The notes beneath the pieces were generated by a model that saw nothing but the letters and a program-made list of their open reading frames with translations, was not told the origin of the DNA and did no database searches. A stretch of 62,938 nucleotides of DNA, the filler included, from Craspedostauros australis (taxonomy: Eukaryota): the NCBI GenBank assembly GCA_030167865.1. It is 13 parts of 13 records of this genome, joined end to end, with 100 filler letters (N's around TTAATTAATTAA, not from the genome) between each part and the next. Parts side by side here need not be neighbours in the genome. Positions count along the whole stretch, not along the records: positions 7,708 to 19,576 come from JALAGF010006577.1; positions 19,677 to 22,414 come from JALAGF010006578.1; 11 more parts are not named here. One strand, given 5' to 3'. Below are positions 10,990 to 22,514 of the stretch, one piece after another. The translations under genes were made by a program, and so were the position numbers. How positions within the stretch are numbered: position 1 is the stretch's first letter; each line of letters starts with the position of its first letter.

Positions 10990-11779
10990 TCACTGTGTGG
11001 AGACTGCCTTGGCGATGTATGATACCTTGGGGTACAACTCTTCCAGGTAGGCGTTGCGCTTCGTCTGGATCAGCGCCTCGATGGCTTGACCAATGGGGGA
11101 GAAGCCCTGTCTAGCAAGGATGGCGTTGCCTTGATCACGCGTGTTGATCAAGATCTCGCCCGTGTGCGTGTTGGGACCTGCCGTCGCAAAGACCGCGGTT
11201 CCGTGTGCGTTAGCGACCTTGGCCGGATCATCGGGAAGGCTGGCCGATCGCCACTTGGTTTGCACGTTGGGATCGCCGTTGATACCGAACTGAGCGATGA
11301 AACCACGCAGGATACCTACGGAGGATTCGACATTCGTCAGCGAAACCTGGATCCGTTAGATCGGTGAATCGCTGCACGCTGCGTGGTGCCCAATCGGGTC
11401 ACATTTGGATCTTGACGCTCTCCGTCTTGCCGACCCCGCCATCCAGGTTGACAATTTGGACCTCGATGTTGCGGCCGCCCTCGATGCCGTCATCCACCGC
11501 CAGAGTGGGTGACGCCAACGTGGTGGCAGCGGCGGCTCCGAACGCAACACGGCTGACTCCACGGAAGAATTCGCGATGTCGCGATCCTCTTTCTGCCGGC
11601 AGTGCAGTAGATGACGACGATGATGATGTTGGATTCTGTGCGGTATGGATTGACCGTATTCTTGTTGCTCATGTCCTGGTGGCTGTCGACGCAGTTGCGC
11701 TGTGCGATGCGAGGGTTCCGAATGCCACGCACAGCAGGCATTCAGCGATGAAGCGGTTCGATCGATATGTAGGGGTCAT
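10990..11779 (-). pseudogene. Cyclophilin-type peptidyl-prolyl isomerase pseudogene, plastid/thylakoid-targeted type
   Basis: PDWAPR.V.RF, GFIAQFGINGDP, FATAGPNT, QGFSPIG and NAYL...YPKVSYI motifs. N-terminal signal-like peptide and a degenerate twin-Arg motif (SRHREFF). In-frame TGA at 11669-11671 and 11399-11401, frameshift near 11315, apparent internal deletion after FSPIGQAIE. Confidence 0.85.
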
Positions 11780-12317
11780 CGTAATTGAGTGGGTTGGTGG
11801 AGAATTCAGTGTGATGCCTTGTAGGTTGTGGTTTGATCGCAAGGGCGAAGGTGTGGCTGCTTTGGATGATGTGTGGGCATCATGGCTGTCGAAATGTGTG
11901 ACATCAGTAATTCCCGATTGTACGGGACTAAACCAGAATAGAGTACAGAAACAACAAATACCCCCTCATCGTTAACGTGGCAAGCGCATGATCGATCACT
12001 CCTGAGCGTTACAGGAGCACGTTACTTTTGGGACTACGGGGAATTTCGACACATGGCGCGAACTTTTTCCGAGGTATCCTCAATGACCCTTGACTTCGCA
12101 TAGGATGCACGACTGGAAAGATGAACTCGAACGACCACAAATCCACCATCGGCGATGGTCATGTCCTTCGTTTCACAAATAGCAGGCACGAGGATGATCA
12201 GGAGGTGGAGGCAACAGGATCAGGAACAGCTTCGGTGAATCGTACGACTAATGTATTCCAAGTTTGATAATAGCATGTTTAGTGCGGCCTCAATCCAACG
12301 CTCTTCCTGCGGTTGGT

Positions 12318-15300
12318 TCACGATCTGTCGGTCAACACTGACAGGTGGTCGTCTATGTCGCCCTCTTCACTGTTGACATCCACAGAAGGATTGTTGGCCA
12401 TCTTGGTTGTCTGATTGTCCGAAGATTCCACGCCGCTCTTCCTCGAACCTTTGCTGACGGACGCATCGACCACTTTTTGCGACCGTGAGCACACTGTCAC
12501 CAATTCGTAGTTCGCAACCAGCCTCTTCTTACCCCCGAACGAAACGGCTTGTGAGGCCATCGTGTTTCGCTTCCGAGCGTCTTGAACTTGGTTCTCGTCG
12601 ATGTAGCTGCCCCGCCTCGCGCGAAGGTCGTCGCACTTGGCTGCGGCTCCCCAGGCCTCGTAGAATTCCATCGCCTGCGTGAAGTAGTGACGCGCCCAAT
12701 CATTTCCACCGTCGTGGGTGAAGTCGACATCCAGGCTCAGGACGTGCTCGCCTGCCAGCTCGCAGGCCAGACCTGCCTCGTTGACTTGGCTGCTCTTCTT
12801 TGCGACTTTGATGGTTTCGTTGTAGCATTGCAGCACGAACATTGGGGTTCGTGAGCTCCTCTTGATGGACTGCAGTTCCGCGCGCAGCAGCAGGTACCGA
12901 TTCATCGCGTTCTTGCCCTTGGCGTCGCAGATCTTCTTCAGGTCCTTCTTCGACTGTCGCAGGATCTGCATGAACTTCTTCTTTCCCGTGCGCCTGTACT
13001 GGTTCGCTGCCATCAATCCACCCAGCAGCGGCAGCGTGGTTTGGAAGGTGTAGCTGGGGTTGTCGGCCGCGTTCGCTATCATGGTGTGGTACACTATCTC
13101 TGCATGGTCGTACTTTCCAAAGTAGACAGCAAGGTACAGCCGTCCCCAATACGCGCCCCACCTGCGCAGCGGATCGCCTTGCTCGTACTGTTTGAGCTCC
13201 ATCAACTCGTCCCAGTTGATATCGATCACACCAGCCATGCGCTTGATGCCATTGGCGTGCTCCCGGATCAGCTGCGTGTGGGCGTTGATCTTGTACATCT
13301 TCATCTGATCGAAGATGGAGTTCACGATCGGCAGTAGATTCTCGAGGGGATATCCTTGCGTGTATGCGTACATCGTGCATGCGTTGTGGCACACGATGCC
13401 GCCCTCGAAGTCGCCATATGACATGCACGACTTGTACGCGTACTGGAAGTCCGCGGCCACTGCTTCTGGCGGTTGGGAGTAAGAATCGATGCACGCAGCA
13501 GACAGCTGGTAGATGCCTCCTAACGATTGGCCATTCGCATTTTCCCTGCGGATGATTTCTTTTGCCAGGTTCGAGTACCTACGAGCATTGGCATACTCGC
13601 CGAGCTTGTTGTGAAGCATGCCGAACATGACCAACGCAAAAGCGGATGCTCCACAGTTGCCGAGGGTCCTCGTGACATGTATCACTCGCACTATGCCCAG
13701 CAACAATGCCGTGGTGTCCTTGCAAAAGAATGCGCGAAGGATGATGCCACTCAGCAAATTGAAGCGTAGCAAGGATTGAGGATCGGTGGTGATGGGACAT
13801 TGGCGCAAGAATTCCTCGTCCGTCGTGCGGCCGAAATAGGATCTTGCGGATATGAGCTGTCGAATCGAATGGAAGAAGAAGGCGCGCTTGGGGTAGATCC
13901 TGCACAGCTGGGCACTCCTCTTGATGAGGTCCAAGGCCTTCACGTGCTCGTCTTGTCGGCCGAGTGCATGCGCCAACGAGAGATACGTTGGCAGCTTGTC
14001 TCCAATTGACTTGGCCCGTTCCAGCACTTCGTTACAAAGCGACTGCCCCACGTCGAAGTTGCCCAGCGACAGCTCAACGCCCGATCGAGCGCGGATTAGG
14101 CGCAAAGTCAAGTCGTAGTGGACTCTCCATGGATCGCCACGCACCTTCCGCAGAGCGGTAGTGGCGGTGTGCAAGTACGTTGCGGCTGGGACCAAAGCGG
14201 CCATGTGCAGCGCGTGCTCGCCTGCCATGAGATTCTGTTGTGCGGAAAGTAGGTGATCCTTGGTGGGTGCGCAATTGAGATGCTCCGCCGCGATGAAGAG
14301 CAGACCAGCATCGTCGACGAAGGGTGTGTGTAGCGTGCTGGTGTCTGCACTATCGATGTCCTTGATGTGAGACGATGGCTTCATGCACAGATCCCAGATA
14401 CATCGACCAATGCGCAATCGCAGTTTGGTTCGGACTTCTCCGAACGGCACGAGGTCGTGAGCGGCCTGCTGGATGCGATCATGCGCAAAGCGGTAAGTCG
14501 TTTCTCCAATGGAATTGTGCAGAAGACCCTCCAGGACGCCCTGCTCCAACCATTCTGAAAGCGGTCTGGCTGCAACCTCAGAAGAGTTCATGTGACTGTC
14601 ACCGCCACTTCTGCCGTTGTCGTTGTCGCCGCCCCCGACACCAACGATGCCACCGCTGCCAATCTCATCGAGGATATCTCTGGCACCGTGATTGTGCTGC
14701 TCTTCATAATCCAGAACGATCTGAAGGAGATTGGAATCGAAGGACGACCGGATGTACGATGCGATGATCAGCACCTTTTGCAATGGTCGCGGCAAGGCCT
14801 TCACCTTCGACGTCACCAGATGGATGACATCCCTCGGACCGGCTTGTGAGAAAGTGGCACCATTCCCACCACTTTTCGTGGGGTCGTCGTTGAACTCCCA
14901 TTGGAAGGAGATGCGACTGTAGACCAGCACGTTGTTCCGCTCCATGTCCTGCAGCAGCTGTATGGCGTGGAATATGTTGCCGCGTGTTTGCTTGTACAAG
15001 AAGTCGGTCACCTTCTCGATGTGGCTGTTGTCTTCGTTTCCGTTGGTGTTGACATCACAATTGCTATTGCTATTGCTGTTGCTGTTGCTATTGCTGTTGC
15101 TTTCTTGGTTCTTGTCGTTCCGGAGGAAGAGATGGGTCACCCACTCGTGCAGCTCTTGTCTTGTGAAGTCGCTGAGATGGATGTTGGTGTACGGAACGGC
15201 GCAGCTGCCGTTGCTTGCGCCGCTTGTGTTGTTGGCGGGACGCTTATTGGCTTGGGCTGTGTCCTCCGTCTCGTCTTGCGAGTGCAAGCCTTGGATATCA

Positions 15301-16631
15301 TTCAGAAGCTTCATGAGGGGCAGGTCGGGATGCAATTCCAAAAGCTCGCCGGGAGAGTGCGGGTTGACATCCTGACGAATGGTGCCGATCAACAAGAAGT
15401 GGGGTTGGTGCAGCGTGCTCGACATCAAATCCATGGTCTCTTGCGATGCCCACTGCAGGTCGTCCAACACCATCACAAGTGGACATTCCTTTGACGATAT
15501 CGTTGTCAAGAATTGGGTGAACGTATACTGGAATCTGCTCCATGATGATGTATCGGAGGAAGGTTCCTGCAGAGCATCCTGCCGTTGGCTCGTGGAGATG
15601 GAAGCGGTGGCGTCATCAGCGTCGTTGCTGTGACTGTCAGTGTGGAAAAGGACGGAGAGCGCTGGAACGAAAGACGTAAGAAGCGCCTTTTGTTGCGGCA
15701 TCATCTGGCTTGCGTTGATTGTAGATCGTAGCCGCTCCAGTTCCGACAACAACGACGATTCATTGTTGCTGTTGTTGGTGCTGCTGCTGCTGCTGTTGTT
15801 GGAGATGGTGGTGGCATTCGCTTTGCCACCATCTCCACCTGCGGTTGTGGCCAACGACAGTCCGTTGCACCAATCCGAAAAGGCTTGGACGATGGCGGAG
15901 AAGGGATCATTTTGCTGGTGCTCTTCAAACTTGCCTCGCAGCACATGAAGCTTGTGTTTGTGTTTGTGCTTCTGTTGCTCTTGCTGTTGCTGCTGGGTGA
16001 TGGTATTATCGCCGATGTTGCTGGGGCTGTTGCTCGTTTGCGCGCCATGACGCAGCTGATGGCAGAATGTATCCACGAGCTGGGACTTCCCTGTGCCGCT
16101 GGTCCCCCAGACAAAGACAGCTGGCAGAAACGACGTTTCCTCCTTCACAACATTGCGGGGTGTTGCGGTTGGTGGTCGTGAGGTTTGTGGTCGCGATGTT
16201 GCTGTTGCTGTTGCTGTCGGCGTTGGCGTTGAAGGTGGTGGCGAGGCCAGTCCGCTGTGCGCTGTTGCTTCGACTTTCATCATGCGATTGTAGACGCGAT
16301 GCAAAATCTGCAGCTCTGTGTCTCTTCCGTAGAAAGACGACAGGCCGCCGTTGCCGTCGCTGCCGCCATCGTTATTGCCATTGAGCAAGGTGAAAGGCAC
16401 CTCCGTCTCCAGTTCCGTCTCGTTGTACCCATCGTCGTAGAAATCATCCCCAGAACTGAGGATGGTGTCATGCAGGAAAGACGATGGTCGTTTTCCTGCA
16501 GAGATTGACAGAGTGACCGAGGCATCGTCGATTGAGCAAGTGGATGTCCTAGCTGTCGCTGTCGACTTTGACGTGGATAGCTGGCTGGTTGCTTTCATGG
16601 TCGGTCTGATACCTTCAGATATGGTTGCCAT
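12318..16631 (-). CDS. STAND-class P-loop ATPase (AAA_16/COG3899-like) with a long helical/TPR-like C-terminus, 1437 aa, intronless
   Basis: FYGRDTEL, Walker A GTSGTGKS, GKFE..DPFSAI, Walker B VLDDLQWA, TRGNIFH, YRFAHDRIQQAA and the terminal WGAAAK motif; intact ORF. Confidence 0.9.
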   Translation of the reverse strand: MATISEGIRPTMKATSQLSTSKSTATARTSTCSIDDASVTLSISAGKRPSSFLHDTILSSGDDFYDDGYNETELETEVPFTLLNGNNDGGSDGNGGLSSFYGRDTELQILHRVYNRMMKVEATAHSGLASPPPSTPTPTATATATSRPQTSRPPTATPRNVVKEETSFLPAVFVWGTSGTGKSQLVDTFCHQLRHGAQTSNSPSNIGDNTITQQQQQEQQKHKHKHKLHVLRGKFEEHQQNDPFSAIVQAFSDWCNGLSLATTAGGDGGKANATTISNNSSSSSTNNSNNESSLLSELERLRSTINASQMMPQQKALLTSFVPALSVLFHTDSHSNDADDATASISTSQRQDALQEPSSDTSSWSRFQYTFTQFLTTISSKECPLVMVLDDLQWASQETMDLMSSTLHQPHFLLIGTIRQDVNPHSPGELLELHPDLPLMKLLNDIQGLHSQDETEDTAQANKRPANNTSGASNGSCAVPYTNIHLSDFTRQELHEWVTHLFLRNDKNQESNSNSNSNSNSNSNCDVNTNGNEDNSHIEKVTDFLYKQTRGNIFHAIQLLQDMERNNVLVYSRISFQWEFNDDPTKSGGNGATFSQAGPRDVIHLVTSKVKALPRPLQKVLIIASYIRSSFDSNLLQIVLDYEEQHNHGARDILDEIGSGGIVGVGGGDNDNGRSGGDSHMNSSEVAARPLSEWLEQGVLEGLLHNSIGETTYRFAHDRIQQAAHDLVPFGEVRTKLRLRIGRCIWDLCMKPSSHIKDIDSADTSTLHTPFVDDAGLLFIAAEHLNCAPTKDHLLSAQQNLMAGEHALHMAALVPAATYLHTATTALRKVRGDPWRVHYDLTLRLIRARSGVELSLGNFDVGQSLCNEVLERAKSIGDKLPTYLSLAHALGRQDEHVKALDLIKRSAQLCRIYPKRAFFFHSIRQLISARSYFGRTTDEEFLRQCPITTDPQSLLRFNLLSGIILRAFFCKDTTALLLGIVRVIHVTRTLGNCGASAFALVMFGMLHNKLGEYANARRYSNLAKEIIRRENANGQSLGGIYQLSAACIDSYSQPPEAVAADFQYAYKSCMSYGDFEGGIVCHNACTMYAYTQGYPLENLLPIVNSIFDQMKMYKINAHTQLIREHANGIKRMAGVIDINWDELMELKQYEQGDPLRRWGAYWGRLYLAVYFGKYDHAEIVYHTMIANAADNPSYTFQTTLPLLGGLMAANQYRRTGKKKFMQILRQSKKDLKKICDAKGKNAMNRYLLLRAELQSIKRSSRTPMFVLQCYNETIKVAKKSSQVNEAGLACELAGEHVLSLDVDFTHDGGNDWARHYFTQAMEFYEAWGAAAKCDDLRARRGSYIDENQVQDARKRNTMASQAVSFGGKKRLVANYELVTVCSRSQKVVDASVSKGSRKSGVESSDNQTTKMANNPSVDVNSEEGDIDDHLSVLTDRS

Positions 16632-18448
16632 CTTGTCGGTTGCTCTTGTATACTATGATGCAGGTGGTGAAGACGTTGATGTTGGGAAGCTGATGGTCTT
16701 GTTTTGATTACCACCCGCCCACTTGCTTCTTTCGTTCGCACTTACAGTTGGTGGAATAGATTTTATGGGGACGTTGATCGTAGACGCACTTGCAAAAAGT
16801 TGCATGCATGTCTGTTGATTGGGACGCGCCACAGAGGCACGCGGCTTGTGATAGTGGCAATCTTTGAGATGGCTTTGACAATACCATGCTTTCCGGTTGC
16901 GATACATCAACGCTCTGCAGACGGGTTGCAGAATCTGACAAGCCGAGAACTTGTCTATTGTCACGCCGATTTGTTGCGCCCGTCTGTTCGTAAAAATGGA
17001 TTTGTGAGCACCTTGCGTTGCTCGAGACTCTTGCGTCGTCGTGACCGTTAGACGCAGGTTGTATTGACCTCAGACGTTATTCCGTGGAGGCGCACGTATC
17101 TTGGCGGGGCCCGATGGTGCTAGCGGTCCTCGTCGTTTTGTTATTCTGTTTGTCCGAAATATTCCCAATAGATTTTCTTGGGATGCACGAACCACTTGGT
17201 TGTTGTCGTTATGGTGTGATGTTGAAGGCTCTCGACGTGATCGAATGTTGCAAAGAACAATGATGTCAAGACGGAGTAATCATATTAGTCGAATTCCGGC
17301 GTCGTTGAATTCAATGGGTGCCCCAGTACGAAATCTACGGGTGACGGTGATGGTTCTCACCAACACGAGGATGCCCGCTTGCGCAATACAACTCCGCGAC
17401 ATGTCGACAGAGAACAACCAAACATGACCCAAATGGGGTACAAGTGCTTCTGGCCTTATGCGACTCTGTCAAGACCAAGTCTTGCCGAAACCCGGTTTTG
17501 TTGAACTGGCATTGACGTCAGATTGATGCTTCTCGTCAATGCGTCGGACCGACAGAGCATTGCTACAACACGGAGCACTGTGAGAGTGTCGGAAGAACGG
17601 ACCAACTGGCCAAGAAGTATCTCTCCCCCGCGACTCTTTGGTTTGTGACTGAATGGGCGCAGAAGTCGCTCGCAACTCTGTGGAACAGAGCCATTTCATA
17701 CTCCTCAATTCGGAAATGATTCAACCCGAACATAGGCACGGCACGCTCTGTTTTTGTCGTTCAGCCACCCTAAAAAGCTGCGGGAGAAATATTAATTCCT
17801 GCAATCCATTTCTAGTAGAATAAGAAGCACGCCCGACGGACCCTGATAGTATACTCTCTGAGATATCGTAGAGTGCATGCGATACCATCGTAGTTGGTAC
17901 CATGGTTGTGTCCAACCCTCATTTCGTCGCTGTCTGTGTCATCTCCTGGTATATTAGCATTATGCTTTATTCTGCACAGCTCTCTCTCTCTCATGTTCCA
18001 GCTTAGTTGTGCATATGAATCGTATCCTGAACCAACACGAACCATGAAATGGTCAGACCACGAGCGAATAGCTCGAAGAGGAACAAAAATGATGATGTAC
18101 CAAGGTACTGGATGCCAGAGACAAGATACCATGAAACAAGAATGATACTGTGAGATAGCTACTGACCCAAACCAGTTGAACCTGAGGAGATGTAAAGATC
18201 CTATCCGATGCATGCAGAACAAAAGAATGCAAGAGAAGAGGCATGGACATGAACAGCGGTCAGAGAGTAAGCTCACAACTCTTAAGTTTGTAATAACATT
18301 CGAGTTTCCAACAGACTTCCAGTGAATGCCACCTTCTCAATCTGATCAATTGCAGAAGGACATGTTCCTCCAACATTACTACCAATTCCTCAAGTCTAAT
18401 GGATTAACAGTTGCAATACCCTACTGCCTTATGCCGGCGGACGATTGA

Positions 18449-19380
18449 TGTTCATACGATTGCTAATGATAATGAATGTTGTTGTTGATGATGTAAGATC
18501 AAAAATTATGATTACTTGAGCTATCTCTCTCCCTTCTGCAGTCTGCACCTCTTGTCAATCGTATTCATGCATTTCGAGATCATGTTGTTTGTGCCTTATC
18601 CCAAACCTGCGCCACTCTCTGTTAGACTTCTCGTTTTGGATGGAGGTCAGGGTTTGGATGGCGATATTCCTTTCATATGCAAATATTTTTACGATTGAAT
18701 CTTGACCGATCATTCTTCCAACTGGAGCTTTGACTCATCCGACTTCCAGTTGGAACCTTGACTCATCCGACTTCAGTTTGAGTCTTGACTAATCTGATTT
18801 CAATTTTGATTCACGACTCGTCAGTCTTGATTGACTGTTAACACGACTTGTAGGTGTGACTGGCAATGTGATTGCTTGGGTGACTTATTGATGACTAGTA
18901 TCTATTGTGCACAAGTCTAGGTCTTGTGTCACCNNNNNNNNNNNNNNNNNNNNNNNNNNNNNNNNNNNNNNNNNNNNNNNNNNGTCTGCACCTCTTGTCA
19001 ATCGTATTCATGCATTTCGAGATCATGTTGTTTGTGCCTTATCCCAAACCTGCGCCACTCTCTGTTAGACTTCTCGTTTTGGATGGAGGTCAGGGTTTGG
19101 ATGGCGATATTCCTTTCATATGCAAATATTTTTACGATTGAATCTTGACCGATCATTCTTCCAACTGGAGCTTTGACTCATCCGACTTCCAGTTGGAACC
19201 TTGACTCATCCGACTTCAGTTTGAGTCTTGACTAATCTGATTTCAATTTTGATTCACGACTCGTCAGTCTTGATTGACTGTTAACACGACTNGTAGGTGT
19301 GACTGGCAATGTGATTGCTTGGGTGACTTATTGATGACTAGTATCTATTGTGCACAAGTCTAGGTCTTGTGTCACCAATA
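18449..19380 (-). repeat. LTR of the same Ty3/gypsy family as 31275-31718 (about 490 bp; appears twice because of overlap around a gap)
   Basis: The reverse complement aligns with 31275-31740, including ~25-bp internal tandem repeats (GTCAAGACTCAAACTGAAGTCGGATGA-like) and the downstream TCAATCGT(A/C)CGCCGGCATAAGGC. 18541-18933 is duplicated at 18984-19376. Confidence 0.85.
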
Positions 19381-19494
19381 GTCTATCTAGCCAGCCGTCT
19401 AGGGCACCTACGTCCCTAGCTGACTGAGTGAATGAACAACCCCCATCCCAAGACAGCTGCATCCCAGCTGAACGAACGAGCATCACGTGACGAC

Positions 19495-19576
19495 TGTTGG
19501 AAATCCGGGGTAACCCAGTCTCTAGTAGTAGTATCTGATTACCTATTCCTGTTGTTGCATTGTTGGAACTGTGAGT
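19495..19576 (-). repeat. 3' end of an LTR related to the copia LTR at 41203
   Basis: TGTTGGAAATCCGGGGT...TAGTAGTAG...GAACTGTGAG matches 41203-41270. Confidence 0.65.
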
Positions 19577-19677
19577 NNNNNNNNNNNNNNNNNNNNNNNN
19601 NNNNNNNNNNNNNNNNNNNNTTAATTAATTAANNNNNNNNNNNNNNNNNNNNNNNNNNNNNNNNNNNNNNNNNNNNC

Positions 19678-20103
19678 GAGATCCGCGAGATGCCGACCAC
19701 GTTGGGCGTCGGACCCGTGGCGATCGGACCGCCGCTGACGATGCAGTGGGAACCGAGCCGTGAGTACACTGCTGTTCTCAACGACTCTTCGCGATCGCTG
19801 CCGCGCCGTCGATCCTCGGTGCTGTGTTCCATGACGACGTCGCTGCTCAACAATAGACGCAACGCGCTGCAACCATTGACGCCGCAGCAACGGCATGTGC
19901 GGTTGCGCCAGAACGGCATCACCGTGCAGGAGATTCAGAGTGCCATCGCTGTGTCGCAGCTCATTCTGCAGCAGCGCATGAAGACGCAGATGAAGGTGAT
20001 GCAGCGACAGCAGAAGCGCAGTCAGAAGAGCAGGCGGCGACAGAGCCATCCGGCGGTTGTCGATGAGATGACGCGTAAGGACATCTTTCTGGAGTGTGCG
20101 TAG
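19678..20103 (+). CDS. Partial gene, hypothetical family with an 'EIRE...LG..P...GPPLT..W' motif
   Basis: EIREMPTTLGVGPVAIGPPLTMQWEP...R...LR..G...EI; same motif class as 22071-22175. Confidence 0.6.
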   Translation, partial: EIREMPTTLGVGPVAIGPPLTMQWEPSREYTAVLNDSSRSLPRRRSSVLCSMTTSLLNNRRNALQPLTPQQRHVRLRQNGITVQEIQSAIAVSQLILQQRMKTQMKVMQRQQKRSQKSRRRQSHPAVVDEMTRKDIFLECA

Positions 20104-21251
20104 AGGGGGAGATGCAACAGGGAATGAAATAGGGAATGCAACGGAGAGAGAGGCGCAGCACATTTTTGAAGAGTAACCTCAATAGTTCTACAGTTGTCCA
20201 TTGAGCAACTACACTACCAGACGACTGTGTTCGTAACATGACTTGCTGAGGACTCCCATGTGTACCGCTGCAGCGCACGAATGTTGATATGGTAGGAACA
20301 TATCTAGCATGTTATTACGATAGTCCCATCCATCGACAGTATCTTTCATGGTGGAGACCAAAAGGAAAAGCAGAGTGCGGTTTGAGGATGGCGAGATGGC
20401 GAAGGAACCACATCGCAGATACTGACACTGAATGTAACCCTATGTTCATGGTGGAAACAAGCAACCCATGTTCACAACTGCCAAGAATGATCGCATGCTG
20501 ACGATGGCGTTACTCGCAACAGTACATGCCATTCAATGAGGTAGATAATTACCTCACTATTGATCCTCCCTCCGCAAGCAGCGTCGCAAGAGCCATGTTA
20601 TCGCGTGATTCGGGCCTCTTTTGTGCCCTTCGTGATACAATGCACCGACACAACNNNNNNNNNNNNNNNNNNNNNNNNNNNNNNNNNNNNNNNNNNNNNN
20701 NNNNGCACAACTATGGCATTGAAATAGCGTTACGACAACACTGCAATAGCCTCGCAATGGCCTCAGGCTTAGTCATATATCCAAGCAAGCGACAGCCAAA
20801 ATCGCCCACAAAGTAGCCACCAAATCGATTCTTCTCGCATTTCGCAATTGACTGGCGTGCTCTGAGCAACGTGGAGAAGTACATGATGCATCTCCATCAA
20901 TTGCAACCAACGCATACCGAGTAACACTCCCGTGGCTTGGACACCGAACGCTTTCGACACAATGAACACAAGAGTGTATTACAACTCAACTCTCTCGAGA
21001 GCATGGATTTCCGAAGGCATCGCTCCATTCACATCCTTGCAACCGTTGATTGTGTAATCCCACACAATTCCAAACCAAAGAAAGCATCGACAGGCTATCC
21101 TGCACTATCCTTCCATAGATCTTCCATACATCTCCCATACATCGTCCAGACGGGCATCCACATCTCAGGTTGGAGCGATCTCTCAGGAGGTCAAACAATA
21201 AATCCCGACGGTCGCACACTCACAAAGACTGACGAAAACGAGAAACACTAT

Positions 21252-21283
<32 letters not shown>

Positions 21284-21580
21284 GCGAAGAAGGGAGCGAC
21301 CAAGCAATTGATCCAGGAGAGAGGGCAACCAAGCAATTGAACCAAGGAGACGCAGCAGCGGCAGTGCACGTATCGGTTGCGTCCACTGAGTGACTGAGTG
21401 TGTGCGAGAGACGCCAATCCAGGCATTGAACGCATAGATTCAGGTGCATGTGACTGCGACGGCAACTCCAGCTTCGATTCTAGTCACAACAACGCAACCA
21501 GCAATACCTCCAGCACATCATCAACCGCACCAACATCAAGATCAATACCCATACTCATACGAGAACAGCATACGTGCACA

Positions 21581-22414
21581 ATGGCCATCCCCGAAAGCCC
21601 ATCGCAAAAGTCACCCCGCTCTGTGAGTCGTTCACAGAGAGCCGCACCTTCGACGTCCGCTCCCGTGTTCAACATCAAGCGCAGGCAGAGGAGGACACCG
21701 ACCTCCCAGGAGCATCGGGAAGCCACACAGCAGCAGCAACGCCGAACCTCACTGCCATCCTCGCCTATTCCAAGATCGAACAGGCGAGAAATGCTACATC
21801 CAGCAACGCCGCCACCTGCCGCGGCAATTCGCAGTGCGCGGCGCAGCTCGGATTCAATGGTCGCCCACGCTCGATCGCAGCAGGTCGTAGCGNNNNNNNN
21901 NNNNNNNNNNNNNNNNNNNNNNNNNNNNNNNNNNNNNNNNNNTGCAGTTCACTCAGATGCCGGATATCTTCGAGTTCCCCATCACTCTCCACGCACCCTG
22001 CAGCATGGACGTGCAACCACTCAAGTTGTGCCTTTCGCCCAAGTCCTGGTCTGCAAGATCCGAGACGTTGAGGGTCCGATTCTCGACTGTCCAAGTCCAG
22101 GAGATGCAGACCATCTTGGATACTGGCGGCGCCATGGTTCCGTCCGGTGGGGCGCCCTTGTCCATGGGGTGGAAGCCGAAGCGCAGATGGGCGGTCTCTG
22201 TGGACTGCGTCGAACATCAACGGCACAACATCGTCATGCACATGGCCTCATNCAGCGAATCGGCATCGTTGTCGTCCAGCGATTCATCGACNGTGTCATC
22301 ATCATCGTCGGCAGAGTCCACGCCGACGCGCACTTCCTTGCTGTCGCCATCGAGTTCACCCGCCCGGTTCTCTCCATCTTCCGTGATTCCGGAGACCTTG
22401 ACATCGCCCATGTC
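21581..22414 (+). CDS. Partial gene, paralog of 19678-20103, with an RVRF motif and a Ser/Pro/Arg-rich N-terminus
   Basis: ATG 21581 (MAIPESPS). After the gap, the frame of ORF 21957 gives RVRFSTVQVQEMQTILDTGGAMVPSGGAPLSMGW...SVD..E. Confidence 0.55.
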
Positions 22415-22514
22415 NNNNNNNNNNNNNNNNNNNNNNNNNNNNNNNNNNNNNNNNNNNNTTAATTAATTAANNNNNNNNNNNNNNNNNNNNNNNNNNNNNN
22501 NNNNNNNNNNNNNN

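Noticed and set aside
17400..18420. Internal region or gag downstream of the gypsy-family LTR at 18449
   Set aside because: No similarity to the gag at 31790 and no recognisable ORF; it cannot be assigned.
18541..19376. Tandem double LTR and other direct duplications around 50-N gaps (1961/2061, 3016/3307, 28539/28796, 38975/39432)
   Set aside because: They are essentially identical and abut fixed-size gaps, so they are unmerged overlapping contig ends.
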